Positions 23,782 to 44,316 of a stretch of 64,000 nucleotides of DNA are shown here, one piece after another; within the stretch, counting starts at the first letter, position 1, and each line of letters begins with the position of its first letter. The stretch is from Salpingoeca rosetta (taxonomy: Eukaryota > Protista > Choanoflagellata): contig JAWQFM010000030.1 in the NCBI GenBank assembly GCA_033442325.1, positions 240,450-304,449 of the forward strand. Reading direction: 5' to 3'. Both the position numbers and the translations under genes were made by a program. The notes below the pieces were generated by a model. It did no database searches. It was not told the DNA's origin and worked only from the letters and a program-made list of their open reading frames with translations.

Positions 23782-25122
23782 ACACAAGTATGTAAGCACA
23801 CAAGCTGCACATGTACATCAGAAAAAAGTGCAGCATTCACAGTCAAAGTAAAGCCTTTACAAGTCCCGAGATATCTCTTCCTCCTCCACCACCACCACCA
23901 CCACCACCACCACACGCACCATGGCACCCATCGGGTTGCTCGTGTTTGCGCTGGGCCGCTGACTGCGCGGGCGCGATTTCTTGCCTCTGCACGCACATAC
24001 AATCACAATCACACGCACACGCACACACATGTGAGTGCCATCGATTCAACCTGCGGCCAGGCAACACAACACCGACTATCCTCTGCGCCTCCCTCAGTCC
24101 ACTGCCACAACACACAACACCCCCAAGACCCCAGAGAGGCCAACGCACGTGCTGGTGGTGTCCAGGCGCTTCCTGCTGTTTCGCTTCTGTACGCGGTTCA
24201 TTCTTCGCTCCCTCTCCTCGCGCAGATACCTGCACCCACAGTCACACGTGCATGCGTGTGCGTGTGAGTGAGTGTGTCAAAAAACAGAGCACTCGTAGTC
24301 AACGGAAACAAGTACTGCGCCAACAACAACACCAACACAACCGTCACTACTCCAAGTTCCCCTGCCCTTGCGCTTTCATCGCCCGCCTACCTGCGCCCGT
24401 TCTTGGAGAGGTTCCCCGCTTCCAGCGTGTCCTTGAACTCCTTCATCTTGCCGGCGCCAAGGTCGCACACCACTTCTGTCAACGCGTGACATGCACAAGG
24501 AAGACGTGTCAATGGGGCACCGCACCAATCAATCTCACGTTAAGCAACACCAATACCACACGCCCTCCCCTCCCTCGCTGCAACCACCGTGTACACTGCT
24601 GCCATCACACACGCCACGTGCCATGCATGCACCTGGCAAGCGAAAGCCGTTGTAGGCGTCCCATCGTCGCCACAGCTCTTGCATGTATGGCTTCTTCGAA
24701 GGATCAGACTCAAACCCGCAATCCTGCCAGTGGGGAAAGGAATAAGCAATGGGAGGTGAGCTCTGTGTGTGCTGTGCTCGTGTGTGTTTGGTGCTACACG
24801 CTGAGCACCAGCCAACTCTGGTGTATCATGGATTCTTCATGAGCCACATACATACACATCGCCCTTGCACGCTCACATTGAACTCTCCCATGGCACTCGC
24901 TCACATAGAACTCTCCCATGGCACTCGCTCACATAGAACTCTCCCATGGCACTCGCACAACCCCCCCCCCCCAACACAAACACACACACGTACCACGAGG
25001 TATCGGGCGAGGATGGACTTTGGGTATTTGAGCAGGTCGGCCTCGTCGATGGTGTAGGTGACCCTTCGTCTCGGCGTCTTTCGAATCCGCGCGCCGGCGT
25101 CGTTTACAGCCATGCTCATCAT
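19037..25122 (-). CDS. Multi-exon Gln/Ser/Pro-rich protein with an N-terminal ordered region and basic patches; possible nuclear regulator (may be more than one gene)
   Basis: The first exons join in phase (MMSMAV...ARYLV / DCGFESDPSKKPYMQELWRRWDAYNGFRLP / EVVCDLGAG...KNGR / RYLREERERRMNRVQKRNSRKR). Downstream exons are poly-Q and SP-rich; C-terminus is KRR...KRAKQKK*. Middle junctions were not all verified. Confidence 0.5.
24871..24955. repeat. 28-bp tandem repeat x3, intronic
   Basis: Unit gctcacatagaactctcccatggcactc, head-to-tail with no spacers. Confidence 0.9.
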
Positions 25123-25657
25123 GACGGTCGGTTGAATGGTAGCTGGTGTAGCAAGCAAGGAGTGCACGAGCACATCACATCAACGGCAGGGAGAGCGTGT
25201 GTGTGTATGTGCGTGTGTGTCGCAACGTGAGCATCTTGACGACCCTGCAACGGTGGCTGATGGGGAAGCAGCCACATGCACTGTGTGCGCGTGTGTACGT
25301 GTGCCTGTGCCTGTGACCATGTTGCACCCCACCACCTTTCATTAGCACCTTCAACACCACCTTCATCATCATCACCTCGGCCACACACACACACACACAC
25401 ACACATACATACACACACACACACACACACCCCTTTGTTCGTGGAAGGAATACAAAGAAGGGGGGTGGAGCGAGCAACAAGACAACCAGGGCTGGTTGGA
25501 GACAAGGTCGTCAAGACAACTGGCAACGGCACCAACAAGCAGCAGGCAAGAAAGAGCCAAGGCAGACACGCACAGCCCGTTCAACGAACGTGAGGCAATC
25601 ACAGAGAAAAGTGAGCGGGCACGGCCAATGCAAGCGAAGGCAAGCACGTCAACAACC

Positions 25658-25718
<61 letters not shown>

Positions 25719-26815
25719 CACACAACACACACACACACACAACACAACGCGAACAACACACGGGTGCCACGCCGCCAGGCTTATGAACTGGCCACCAAGA
25801 TGAGCGCAGCTCTCCAACCGAAGGCGCAGCAACACACCAACCCATCAATCAAACACATCAACCACGCACGCGCGCCGTGCCAGGATCAGTGTGCAAACAC
25901 CACGCAGCCGACCAGCAAGCAGCGCCAAGGCAGTGTGTCGAACCCTGACAACCTCAACACACACACACACCTTGAGGATGGCAATGGCCAGCAAGACGAC
26001 GGCGGCAACGAGCACAGCACACGGTCAGGGAGGCCAGCACACACGGGCAGCGTGTTCCCCAACAACGGTTCGCTTGTTGAATGAGGGTGTCAGACCAAGC
26101 GAGCGTTGTGGCTATCAGTTGGCTCGCTTCCTCAGCTCTCAGCGTGGATGTGCAAGCAAGCAAGCAAGCCAGCACACAGCTTCTTGTCCTTCTTTCTGGT
26201 GGTCGGACAGACAACAGAAGGAAGCAGCGAGGGAGAGACCAGCAAGTGAACGTTGGACGTTGGCGGGGGGGTGGCTGGGTTGGCTGGGTTTGCCTCATTC
26301 TGGCGGCGTTCTTCACTTGCACTGCAACGGTTCATCCGCCCGTCAAAGCATCCACCAACCGCCACCAACGATTGACCTGGTCAGGTTTCGCTGCTGGGTT
26401 TGGGTGCGTTGTGTGGCTTGTGGTGTGTGGCGGGAGAGGCAGAAGTTCGTTGTGCGGTGTTTTGCTTGCTTGCAAGCACGCAACGCACTCAACCGAATGA
26501 TGTTTGGGATTTTGGTGTGGAATGTAGATTTCGCACGCGGCATGCGGGTGAAATGCGCATCAAAACCTTGTATCCACCATGCGACCATGCAATCATTTTC
26601 AAACGATCAGCGGCACAGGTCGATTCGTTGGAAAAGTCAAATTTGACCTTCACAGCAACGGCCCAAAGACAAAATTGCCCTGGCTTGACAACACAAACTC
26701 CCCAAAACAACAACCCTCATCAAATACAACAACCCCAACCAACTACACAACAACAACACAACAACAAACAGCAACACCTCGCACGAACAAACAAACCATC
26801 AAAGAAGCAAGGAGG

Positions 26816-27320
26816 ATGAGAGCACCCTTGATGGTGGCAGTGCTGCTGCTACCGCTGCTCTGCATGGTGGTCACGACGACAACAGCTGGTCAGTCTCAGC
26901 CTGTGTTGTTGTTGTTGTTTAAGTTGTTGTTGTTTAAGTTGTTGTTGCTGTTGTTGTTCGTTGTCTCCTCCTTCTCCTGCCTCCTCCTCCTCCCTCTCCT
27001 CCTTCTTCTGCCTCCTCCTCCTCCCTCTCCTCCTTCTTCTGCCTCCTCCTCCTTCCTCCTTTCTTGTGTCGTGCGCTTCCTTTCCGTGCTTCCGTGATTG
27101 TGTGTGTGTGTGTGTGTGTGTTTGTCCTCCACATGCACTCGCGTGACGCTCACGTCCGGCCATCACGCAGACACCGCCCCTGACGATGCAACGTGCAAGG
27201 ATGGAGCGAAGCTGTTCCGTGACGACGCCAACGAGATTGTCGGCTGCTACAAGTCCTTTTCCCGCGCACTCACATGGACCCAGGCCAAAGCCCTGTGCGA
27301 GGTGCGCGCTCATGCCTTTT

Positions 27321-27389
<69 letters not shown>

Positions 27390-29874
27390 CACATGGTGCA
27401 AGAACAGTGTGCGTGGGTACTGTTGTTGCGTCCTTCTTCCCGCTGCATCAAGGTCGTTCACGTAAACAACAACAACAACAACAACACAAACACGTTTGTT
27501 ACTGCATTACTGCGTGCTCCAGCAAGCGACAGGGTTTGCCGGTGAACTGGCGCCCGCACGAAGTGAGGCCGAACAAAGCTTCCTGCTCGGCATCGCCCCA
27601 CGTGAGTTTTGGATTGGCGCAAACTCCCTCGAAGCCGACGGCATCTGGCGTTGGGCTGGCCTCAGCATGGTGCGTCGTCGTGTTGGGTCGCGTTGTGTGT
27701 TGCGGTGTGTCGTAGCGGGTGTTTGCGCCCCTTTTGTATTCTTGTCGACACGGCTTGCGGTGATGCACTGCCCAAACACCAACACTCACCAACCAACCAA
27801 CCAACCAACCAACCAACAAACCAACAAACCAACCCACCTCCTGCCGTCCTCCTTTCCTTTGCATCTCAGGCTGTGGCATTCGACGCGGCGTGGGTCAATG
27901 TGGAGAGCAGGGACTGGAACGAGCGGCAGAACCAAGTCATCAGGGTTGTCGAGGACAGGGATACGGGAAACGTCACATGGTACTACGCCACACCGAACCT
28001 CGAAACCTTTCCCGTCGTCTGCCGCAAGCAAGGTGTGTGTGTGTGTGTATGTGTGTGTGTGTGTTGGAGGGAAGGGGTTAAGGGTGGGGGCTGCTGGGCA
28101 GAAGTGCAAGTCGAGATGCTGCACTACATGTGAATGTTGCGGTTACACGCCTCCTCACGCCCAGAGACGCACACACACACACAATCACACAAACACACAC
28201 AATATCACACACGCACACACACAATATCACAAACACACATGCACGCACACACACACACACACAAACACACATGCACGCACGTGCACGCAATCATACTTTT
28301 CCTCCACGCCTTAGCGTGCGGTCCAAACGAAGACATTGTGGGGGGCATCTGCAGCCCGAATGCCCCGACCGTCTCATCATCTTCGGGGCCACGTGCGTGG
28401 ATCGCCGCCGCCGTGCTCATCCCGCTCATTGTCGTGGCAGCTGCCGGCATCGTCATGTACGCATACAAGTACAACCCTGACCTGTACGACCGCATTGTGG
28501 ACGCAGTGTGCTGTCGCACGTGCACGTGCGCGTGGCTGGACGACACTGGCGCAGACCCGCACACCCACGTGGAGGAGCTGATGATTGAGAACGAGAAACT
28601 CCGCTCGCAGCTCGCCAGCGCACGTGCGAGCTCACAGTGGAACGGGAATGGACTGGAGCTTGCAGGCAACGGCAGTCGGCCAGAGAGCCGGACAAGCATG
28701 GGCTCGTTCAAGCCGGCCTCGCTCGGGTTGGCGCCCGGTATGATGATGGCAAACAGCAACGTGCTCAACAACAACAACAACAGCAACAACAACGCCATCG
28801 GCAGTCATGACGACATTGGAGGTGGCAGCCTGATTCACAGCAACGGCGCGGTTATGAGTCCCTTGTCGTCGCCACGCAAAGGCAGTGGCGTTGCCAGCGG
28901 GGCGGCTGTTGTGCCGTTTGAAAAGATTGCGGAAGCGAGCGAGACGAGCCACCAACAGCTCACCGCTGCAGCCAACAGCAGCGACGCAAACGGTTTCAAC
29001 AGCAACACTGACGACAACAACACTGTCGACAACAACAACAGCAACAACAACAACAACAACAGCACCGGCCATGCGTTTGCCACGACGCCTGGTGGAGGTG
29101 TTGGGGGTACTGCCCTGGGACCCAAGCGGTCGTTTGGTGATCGGCTCAAAGACTCACGCCGCGCCCCCAACGCCCGCATCCGCATCCGCCCCCTGAACAC
29201 CGCCAACACCAGCACGAGCACTACTGGTGGCGGAGGCGGTGCTGTCGATGGCACGAAGAACAACGCTGGCAGCACTTCAGGAAACAACAGCAGTGACAAC
29301 GACAGCAGCAACGGCACCACCAACGCGAGTCGCGGTGTGCGTGTGCCGGTGGTTCGTGGTGGGCTGCCCCCACGTCGCGTGCCCAGCGTTGCCGGTGCCG
29401 TTGGCCGAATTGCGCTTCCAAACCGCTTGCCAAACAACCGCACTGGGAACAGTAGCGGCGGTAGCGGTGGAGGGGGCGTGGTGTTGCCTGCAAGGACGGT
29501 CCCGAGCAGAACGCGGGTCACAGCGCCGCTGCCCGTGGTGACAGCAAACAGGGGAGAGGTTGTGAGCCGGAGTGGTGCTCATGCTACAGTGGACGAAGAG
29601 AAGAAGGAGAAGGTGGAGGATGAGGGGAAGGAGGAGGAAGGAAAGGGGGACAACGACAGGAAGCAGATGGCAGATGAGGACGGTCAGGGCAGCAGGGTGG
29701 CTGTCCAATCACAGCCAACATCATCACGCAAGGCGGGCAGCAATAGTGGCGATGAGAGTGGTGACGAAGGTGACAAGAAGAGCGTGGAACAGGAGCAACA
29801 AGAGGAGGAGAAGGAGGAGGAGGATGTCGGTGGCGCTGACGATGAAGAGAACGGCAGTCGTGGTGGTGATGGTG

Positions 29875-29906
<32 letters not shown>

Positions 29907-30459
29907 GGTGGTGGTGATGGGGTGGAGGAGATTCATCTTGATCAACCACAGCGACGTCGATCGTCAACCGGCATCCGCGCCAAATTGCCAAACCTGTGGG
30001 TACACACGTGCACTGCAGCAACAGCACCATGGTGTGGTGGTGGTGGTGTCGGTGGAATGGACGGGAGGGGTAGGGGAGACGAAGCAGCATGCTTGGTGGT
30101 GGTGAGTGGTATGTCGCTTTGTCAACGCCTGTAGTGTATCTGTACTCACTTCACTCATACACACACACGCGCACACTCACTCAATCACACTCACTCACTC
30201 ACTCACACACACGCGCACACTCACTCAATCACTCACTCACACACGCGCACACTCACTCAATCACTCACTCACACACACACACGCACACACACACACACGC
30301 ACACACACACACACATACATACTCTCCACCCACCATGACACACCACGATCACCCTGTGTGTTCAGGCGGAAGCTGTCTGCTGTTGTCACTCCGGCGCCAA
30401 CCAGCGATGTATCGTCCGTCACCCCAATACAGACATCGTACGGTGGCCATTGGCTATGA
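26816..30459 (+). CDS. Type I transmembrane protein with one C-type lectin-like domain and a long disordered cytoplasmic tail
   Basis: Signal peptide MRAPLMVAVLLLPLLCMVV; CTLD motifs CYKSFSRALTWTQAKALCE, GELA, EQSFL, FWIGA, GIWRW, VVCRK; TM WIAAAVLIPLIVVAAAGIVMYAY; six phase-consistent exons ending SYGGHWL*. Confidence 0.8.
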
Positions 30460-30913
30460 ATGAATGGATGGATGGATGGATGGATGGATGGTTGTGACGC
30501 TGTGTGTTCGGTGGTGAAGTGAGTGAAGTGCTTGGATTTGGTGCTGTTACTTGACCTTGCTGTGTTGTTTGTTGCCTTCTCTGCGTCCCAGCACTCACGT
30601 CACTGTGCATGTTCGTATGCTCTTTCCCCTTCCACACACAACGTGACACTCTCGCGCGGCAGAAACGAGCTTGACACCACTTCCTCGGACGCGTAACGCA
30701 ACAAGACATCGCAACAACAATGCATGCTGGGAGGGGATTAGGGGGCCACGCGATGTGGACGGAGGGCACAAGCAATTCGCACTGCAACTGTGTGTTGTGT
30801 CAGTACTGTAACTTGATATGTGTGTGTGTGTGTGGGGGGGGGGGAGGTTGTATTCTCTTCGTGACAGCACGTGGCACAATGGAATGTGCCACTGCCATTC
30901 GACATGTCACGTG

Positions 30914-31021
30914 TTGTATTGTTGGTGTGCGTTGCGGCACTTGAGTGTTGTTCTGGTCAGATATGCATTGTATTGTTGGTGTGCGTTGCGGCACTTGAGT
31001 GTTGTTCTGGTCAGATATGCA
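30914..31021. repeat. Perfect 54-bp tandem duplication between convergent genes
   Basis: ttgtattgttggtgtgcgttgcggcacttgagtgttgttctggtcagatatgca at 30914-30967 and 30968-31021. Confidence 0.95.
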
Positions 31022-31389
31022 CAAGGTTTAATTTCTTCCTTCTGACAGTGGCCTGTGTGTGTGCACGTGCATGTGTGCGTGTGCGACGCATGAAGCGAGC
31101 CAGCGGCTACAGATGAACTATTGCAATAAAGATGACAGCCAAACACACACGTCACAACAGCGTGTTCGCATCAAGACGTGAATGCCACGGTGCTGCAACA
31201 CAGGTGCGGTGCATACAGCAAAAGGCAGCCAGGAAGGCAAACCAGACGCATTAATGTACACAGACACACACACACACACAGACAGACACACACACTGACA
31301 CACACTGACACACACACACGCAGACACACACACACACAGACAGACACACACACATACACAGACAAACAGCAGTGCGCTGTGCGTGTGGT

Positions 31390-31611
31390 TCAGCGCGTGC
31401 TCCTGTGCCAGGCAAAGGCAGTGGCGCCGGCGGCGATGGCGACGACAGCGGCGGTGAGGAGCTGCATCTGACGCTTCATGGCCGCAACCTCCCCGACCAA
31501 CTCGCTGTTGCGCTGGTGGTGGTGGTGGTGGTGGTAGCGTGTCCGTATGTAAGTGTTTGCAAGTGTGTGAGTGGGAAAGTATGTGAGTGAGTGAAGTAAG
31601 TGAAGCGAGTG

Positions 31612-31688
<77 letters not shown>

Positions 31689-32048
31689 TACGCAATGAGC
31701 ATGCGAAAACGTTGAAGGTGGAAAGACCAAAGTTATCACAGTGCAAGACATCCAACCAACCCCTGTGGTCACAAAAGTCACAGTCATTACGCCATTACAC
31801 CACCAACAGCACCAGCAACATCATCCATGAATCAGCGACATGCAGCTCACCCGCAGCAGCTGTTGGTTGTACGTCTTGAGCACAGACGGGTCACGGTGCA
31901 TGCCCTGAATCATACGCGCAGACACACACGTACACAGAGTGAGAGGTTGCGTGGATCAGACGCCGCGCATCAAAGGTTAACAATTGTGCAACGGCACACA
32001 GCAACAAGAGCCATTGGCACAGATCGACACACAGACAGCCAGTCAGAC

Positions 32049-32083
<35 letters not shown>

Positions 32084-32276
32084 ATGTTGCTTGTCTTACA
32101 TCGCAGAATGGTGGCTTCTTGGTGAACCTGAGACCAAGCAACGACAAGGATTAAGCACGCAGGGTCGATGGAGTGGTGGGTCAGTTGTACAGGCAGGCGA
32201 ACACAAACGGGAGATGTAACAGAGCCACGTCAGCCATGCATACCAGGAAAGAAGACAGACACAGCGACAGACTCAG

Positions 32277-32308
<32 letters not shown>

Positions 32309-33196
32309 CTACACAGATACGCATGCACAGACAGACAGACACACACACACATAGCTACACAGATACGCATGCACAGACAGACAGACACACACACACACAC
32401 ACACACACGATACTCACTTGCACTGGCAGAGGCCGCGGACCTCGGTCTTCTCCGCCACAAACTTGAGCGGCTCAAAGCCCGTGCCCTTGTGCGAGCCATC
32501 GCAGAACGGCTGGTTCTGCGACCGGCCTAAGCATGAACAAACAACACACAGCGGGCAAGCGGAGCGTCAGCGCGCGTGTGTCTCGGTGTGAGTCGTGCAT
32601 GTGTGTCAGATGTCTGTGTTCGCGCGCACGTGTGTGTCTTCGCATGCATGGGGAAGAGCGCGTCTGTGAGCTGAGTTACAATGCAGCAAGAACGCGCGTG
32701 TGTGTGTTGAGGGGGGGGGGGCGGTTGACGTACCGCATGCGCACCAGAAGTATGTCTTGCCCTCCTCCTGTTCCCATGGCATAAAGCGGACATGCGAATG
32801 ACAACGAAGAAGAAGACGGGTGAGCTCACATCAACACGTACTCGCAGTTGTGACACGACAGCAAAGCACGAAGCGACACAACGTCTGGACGCACCAGCTG
32901 CACTTTCTTGCTGTGGCCAGCCGCCACGATGGGCACGGGGCCTGTGGCGAGGTTGGGAAGTGCATTTGTGGCAGGAGGCAGGAGATGTGAGTTTGGGAGT
33001 GTTGGGGATGAAGAGGAGCAGGGAGGCAGGGTGATGGACGGGGAGGAGAGAGGGAGATAGAGATGGAGGAGACATGGAAGGTACAGACAAACACACCACA
33101 AGACACAGACACACAGACACAGACACACAGTCACAGGCACATCAAGTGTGAAGCAACACCTTCGGGCTGCTGCTGCGTCTTCTTCTTGCTGCTCAT
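31390..33196 (-). CDS. CDGSH iron-sulfur protein with two CDGSH motifs (CISD3/MiNT-like) plus a C-terminal coiled coil and transmembrane anchor
   Basis: Seven exons give MSSKKKTQQQPEGPVPIVAAGHSKKVQLEEGKTYFWCACGRSQNQPFCDGSHKGTGFEPLKFVAEKTEVRGLCQCKFTKKPPFCDGMHRDPSVLKTYNQQLLRRNSELVGEVAAMKRQMQLLTAAVVAIAAGATAFAWHRSTR*. Confidence 0.88.
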
Positions 33197-33418
33197 CGTG
33201 CGTGCTTCGTGATGTGAATGCAGAAAAATAGTAAAAATCTTCATCCATTTTTCTACAATCAACGCTGTCTGTGTTTGTGTTTTTTGTGTCCTGTCATCCC
33301 CGCGACCCTTACCTCCTCTCATCACCCTCACCTCCTCTCATCACCCTCACCTCCACTCGACCATACACTTGACCATCCACTTGACCTTGCATCTCATCTC
33401 GACACTCGCGTCATCACC
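33197..33418. promoter_or_regulatory. Compact bidirectional promoter region (CDGSH gene / PEX16)
   Basis: 222 bp between divergent ATGs; contains a cctcctctcatcaccctca direct repeat and two CTTGACC. Confidence 0.55.
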
Positions 33419-38052
<4,634 letters not shown>

Positions 38053-38489
38053 TGCTCGCTGCTGTTGGTGACTGGTGCCACTGAATGGTGGTGGTGACTG
38101 GTGGTGACTGGTGGTGATGACAATGTTGTGATTGGTGTGGCCGTCACCATTGTTGTGCGTTGTTCACGTTGATGGAATGTGTGCGCATTCGTTCGTTCGT
38201 TCGTTCTCCCCTTTGTCGTCTTCATGCGTTGTGTGCACTCCGCACATGCTCTGTTACGTGTTCCTTTACACTTGTTCCTTCATGTGCACCCGACTAAACA
38301 GCCGCGCGAACCAGACTGCACAGCAGACAACAGCGTGGGCAACAGACGCTCCCCACGTACACAGACACACAGACACACAGACACACACACGAACACAACA
38401 AACACAACAAACACAACACCAACAAACACAGTGTACAACTTCACCTACACCCCCCCCCCCCCCCCCACCCCCACCACACACAGCACCCC

Positions 38490-41840
<3,351 letters not shown>

Positions 41841-42596
41841 GTCGTGTGTCTGTCCTGGTGTCCTGCTGTTTGTCGTCGTTTGTGTTTGGCTAGAAACTTG
41901 TGCAAAAACTTGCAGCACATTTCCGCACTCGCCAAACACAAACACACAAACACAAACACAAACACAAACGTCCACGACTTGCTTGCTTGCTTGTCTTTCT
42001 TCTTTGTCTTCATGTCACATCATGTCACCACACGCTCATGTGTTTTGGATCTTTCTTTGTCGATGGACCTGAAGGAAGGGGGGAGGAACAGGAGCAAATA
42101 TCCCTGACATAGACGTGTGGGTTGCCAAGTCAATACTACTATGCTACGACAAGAGACAAGTCGACAAAACGAGGGCAACATGCACCACCCACACAAAGGG
42201 TCAAACTCAATAAAAGGTCAAACGACACACAAAAGCACACGTGCATTGGCCGACCTGGCTATCTGGCGAGAAGAACAACAAGTAGAAGAAACGATGCACA
42301 AGAAGAAGCGGCAAGAGAAGAATGAATCAAAAAAATGAACAAAATGGGCTCATGAAGAGCAGGAAATGTAACTGCTGCTGCTGTTGTTGCTGCTGGTGCA
42401 AACGATCAAGCAGATGTAACGGACTCAAATAAAGGGAGGGAAGATGTATGTGGGTGTGGGTGTCGGTGTGCACATGGGAGAAATACAAACATCCATGGAT
42501 TTGTGCTGTGAAAGCCTCTCTTCTTCTTCACACACCTCACCCACACACGCGCACCCGCATACAAGCATGCGTATAAGTGTGCCATTGTGTTGCCAC

Positions 42597-44281
42597 TCAG
42601 ACAAATGTGGAGCGCGTGGAGGTGCCACGGCGCATGAACGAGCGAACAGAGGCACGACTCGTGTTGAGCAGAGTGGTACGGTTCAGACGGCTGCTGCTGC
42701 TGCGGTTCAACACCGATGACTGGTTGTGGAGGGACACAGGCAGCGTTGTGTTGAGACCACCCCCACCACCGCGGGTCGTGAACGGCGCCTTTGATGATGA
42801 CGACGACGACGACAAAGGCCAGGGGCCGCGGCGCGATACAAAAGACCGCTGCATGGTCGACGGCTGCCGGCGTGGGCGTCCAAACTGCCGCACCTGTTGC
42901 TGCTGTTGATGTTGCTGCTGTTTGTCATGGTGTGGCATGAGCGTGTAGGAAGCGTTGGCAGCGCTGCTTGGGCCATCTGTGTTGGTGTGCTGCATTGCCC
43001 CAAACCCCTTGGCTTTGAGTTGCTGCTGCTGTTGCTGACGTTGGTTCAGTAGCTGCTTGCGTGGATGGATGCCAACGACGGAGGAGGGCTCGCTCGGAAC
43101 CTGGAGCGCTTGCTTTGGCGTCTTGGTTTGCTTGCAAGCATCAGCGTCATCAGCGCCGCGGTTGAGTGGGAGGTGGAAGACGGCAAGTGGAGAGCCCGCC
43201 TTGCGCTGCCCGGCCACCGACGCCTGCGTGGGATGCAGTTTCAACGGTGACTTGCACTGCTTCTGTTGCTGCTGTTGCTGTGATGCCTGCATCTTTGACG
43301 GCTGCACAAACGTAAACGCACCCTTTTGCTGCTGGGGTTGTTTCTGCTGCTGTTGCAGTTTCTGAATGGCGTGTTGGGAGACAGGCACCGATGCATCCAC
43401 GGACGCTGCTGATGACAACCCCGACGATGACGATGACGACAGGACTGGTGATTGCAGGGCCGACGCACTTGCTGCTGATGCTGCCGGTGTCTTGGGTTTC
43501 GCACCGCTGCCGCCAACGTCCACAGCGCTGTCGCCCTTGGCAAAGGTGAAGGTGGTGGCAAACGCCGCACGAATCGCAGCCGTGTCCACACCAGCACCGC
43601 TGCTGCGCTCAAGCGCCATGGCCAGCTGCTTTGCAGACGACCCACGCACCGCTTCTTTGCTGTTGGTGGTGGACGTGGAATTCTGCTGCAGGTCGGTTGT
43701 GTCCACGTGGTGCTGGCTGCCGCGCGCGCTGCTCACGGCGGAGCGGGTGGCGTGCATGTCCAGACCACTGTCCTTGTCGCGCACGAGGAACAGCCCCCGC
43801 GAAGGACGCTGGCTCGCTGGAACGCTTGGCACGGGCCCAGAGATGCTTGACCGCCCACTCTCCGCCGGCACTGCCGTTGACGACGTTGTCGATGTTGCCG
43901 AAGCAGGCGCCACTGTACTCGTCGGCGTGAACGCGGAGCCAGTGGTGAACACCGATGTCACAGATGCAGCTGACTTGGGCGGCGCAACAGCATCGGAATG
44001 CTGTTGCTGGTCATCGGAAGCACAGTGCTGACTCAGAGCTTGCAAGCCAAGCTGCTCGAGAGATGAGCGCACGTGCTCATCCGTTGCATCTGCACATCGT
44101 GAACACGACAAGATGCGTCATCAAGCGGTGAAGGGATGAATGGGTGAGTGAGATGGTGGCGGGGCTCATTCAATTGAAGGAGTGAGTGAGCACAAGGCCA
44201 AGAACAATCAATGTACAGGGACGAGAACGTGCATTTTCACAACAACAACAACAACAACAACAGCAGCAGCAGCAACAACAG

Positions 44282-44316
<35 letters not shown>

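Noticed and set aside
24148-24230. Canonical bZIP transcription factor
   Set aside because: Basic N-x7-R segment present, but the next exon (TGKKSRPRSQ...) has no leucine zipper.
24871-24955. 28-bp repeats as a CRISPR array
   Set aside because: Head-to-tail with no spacers, no cas genes, inside a eukaryotic intron.
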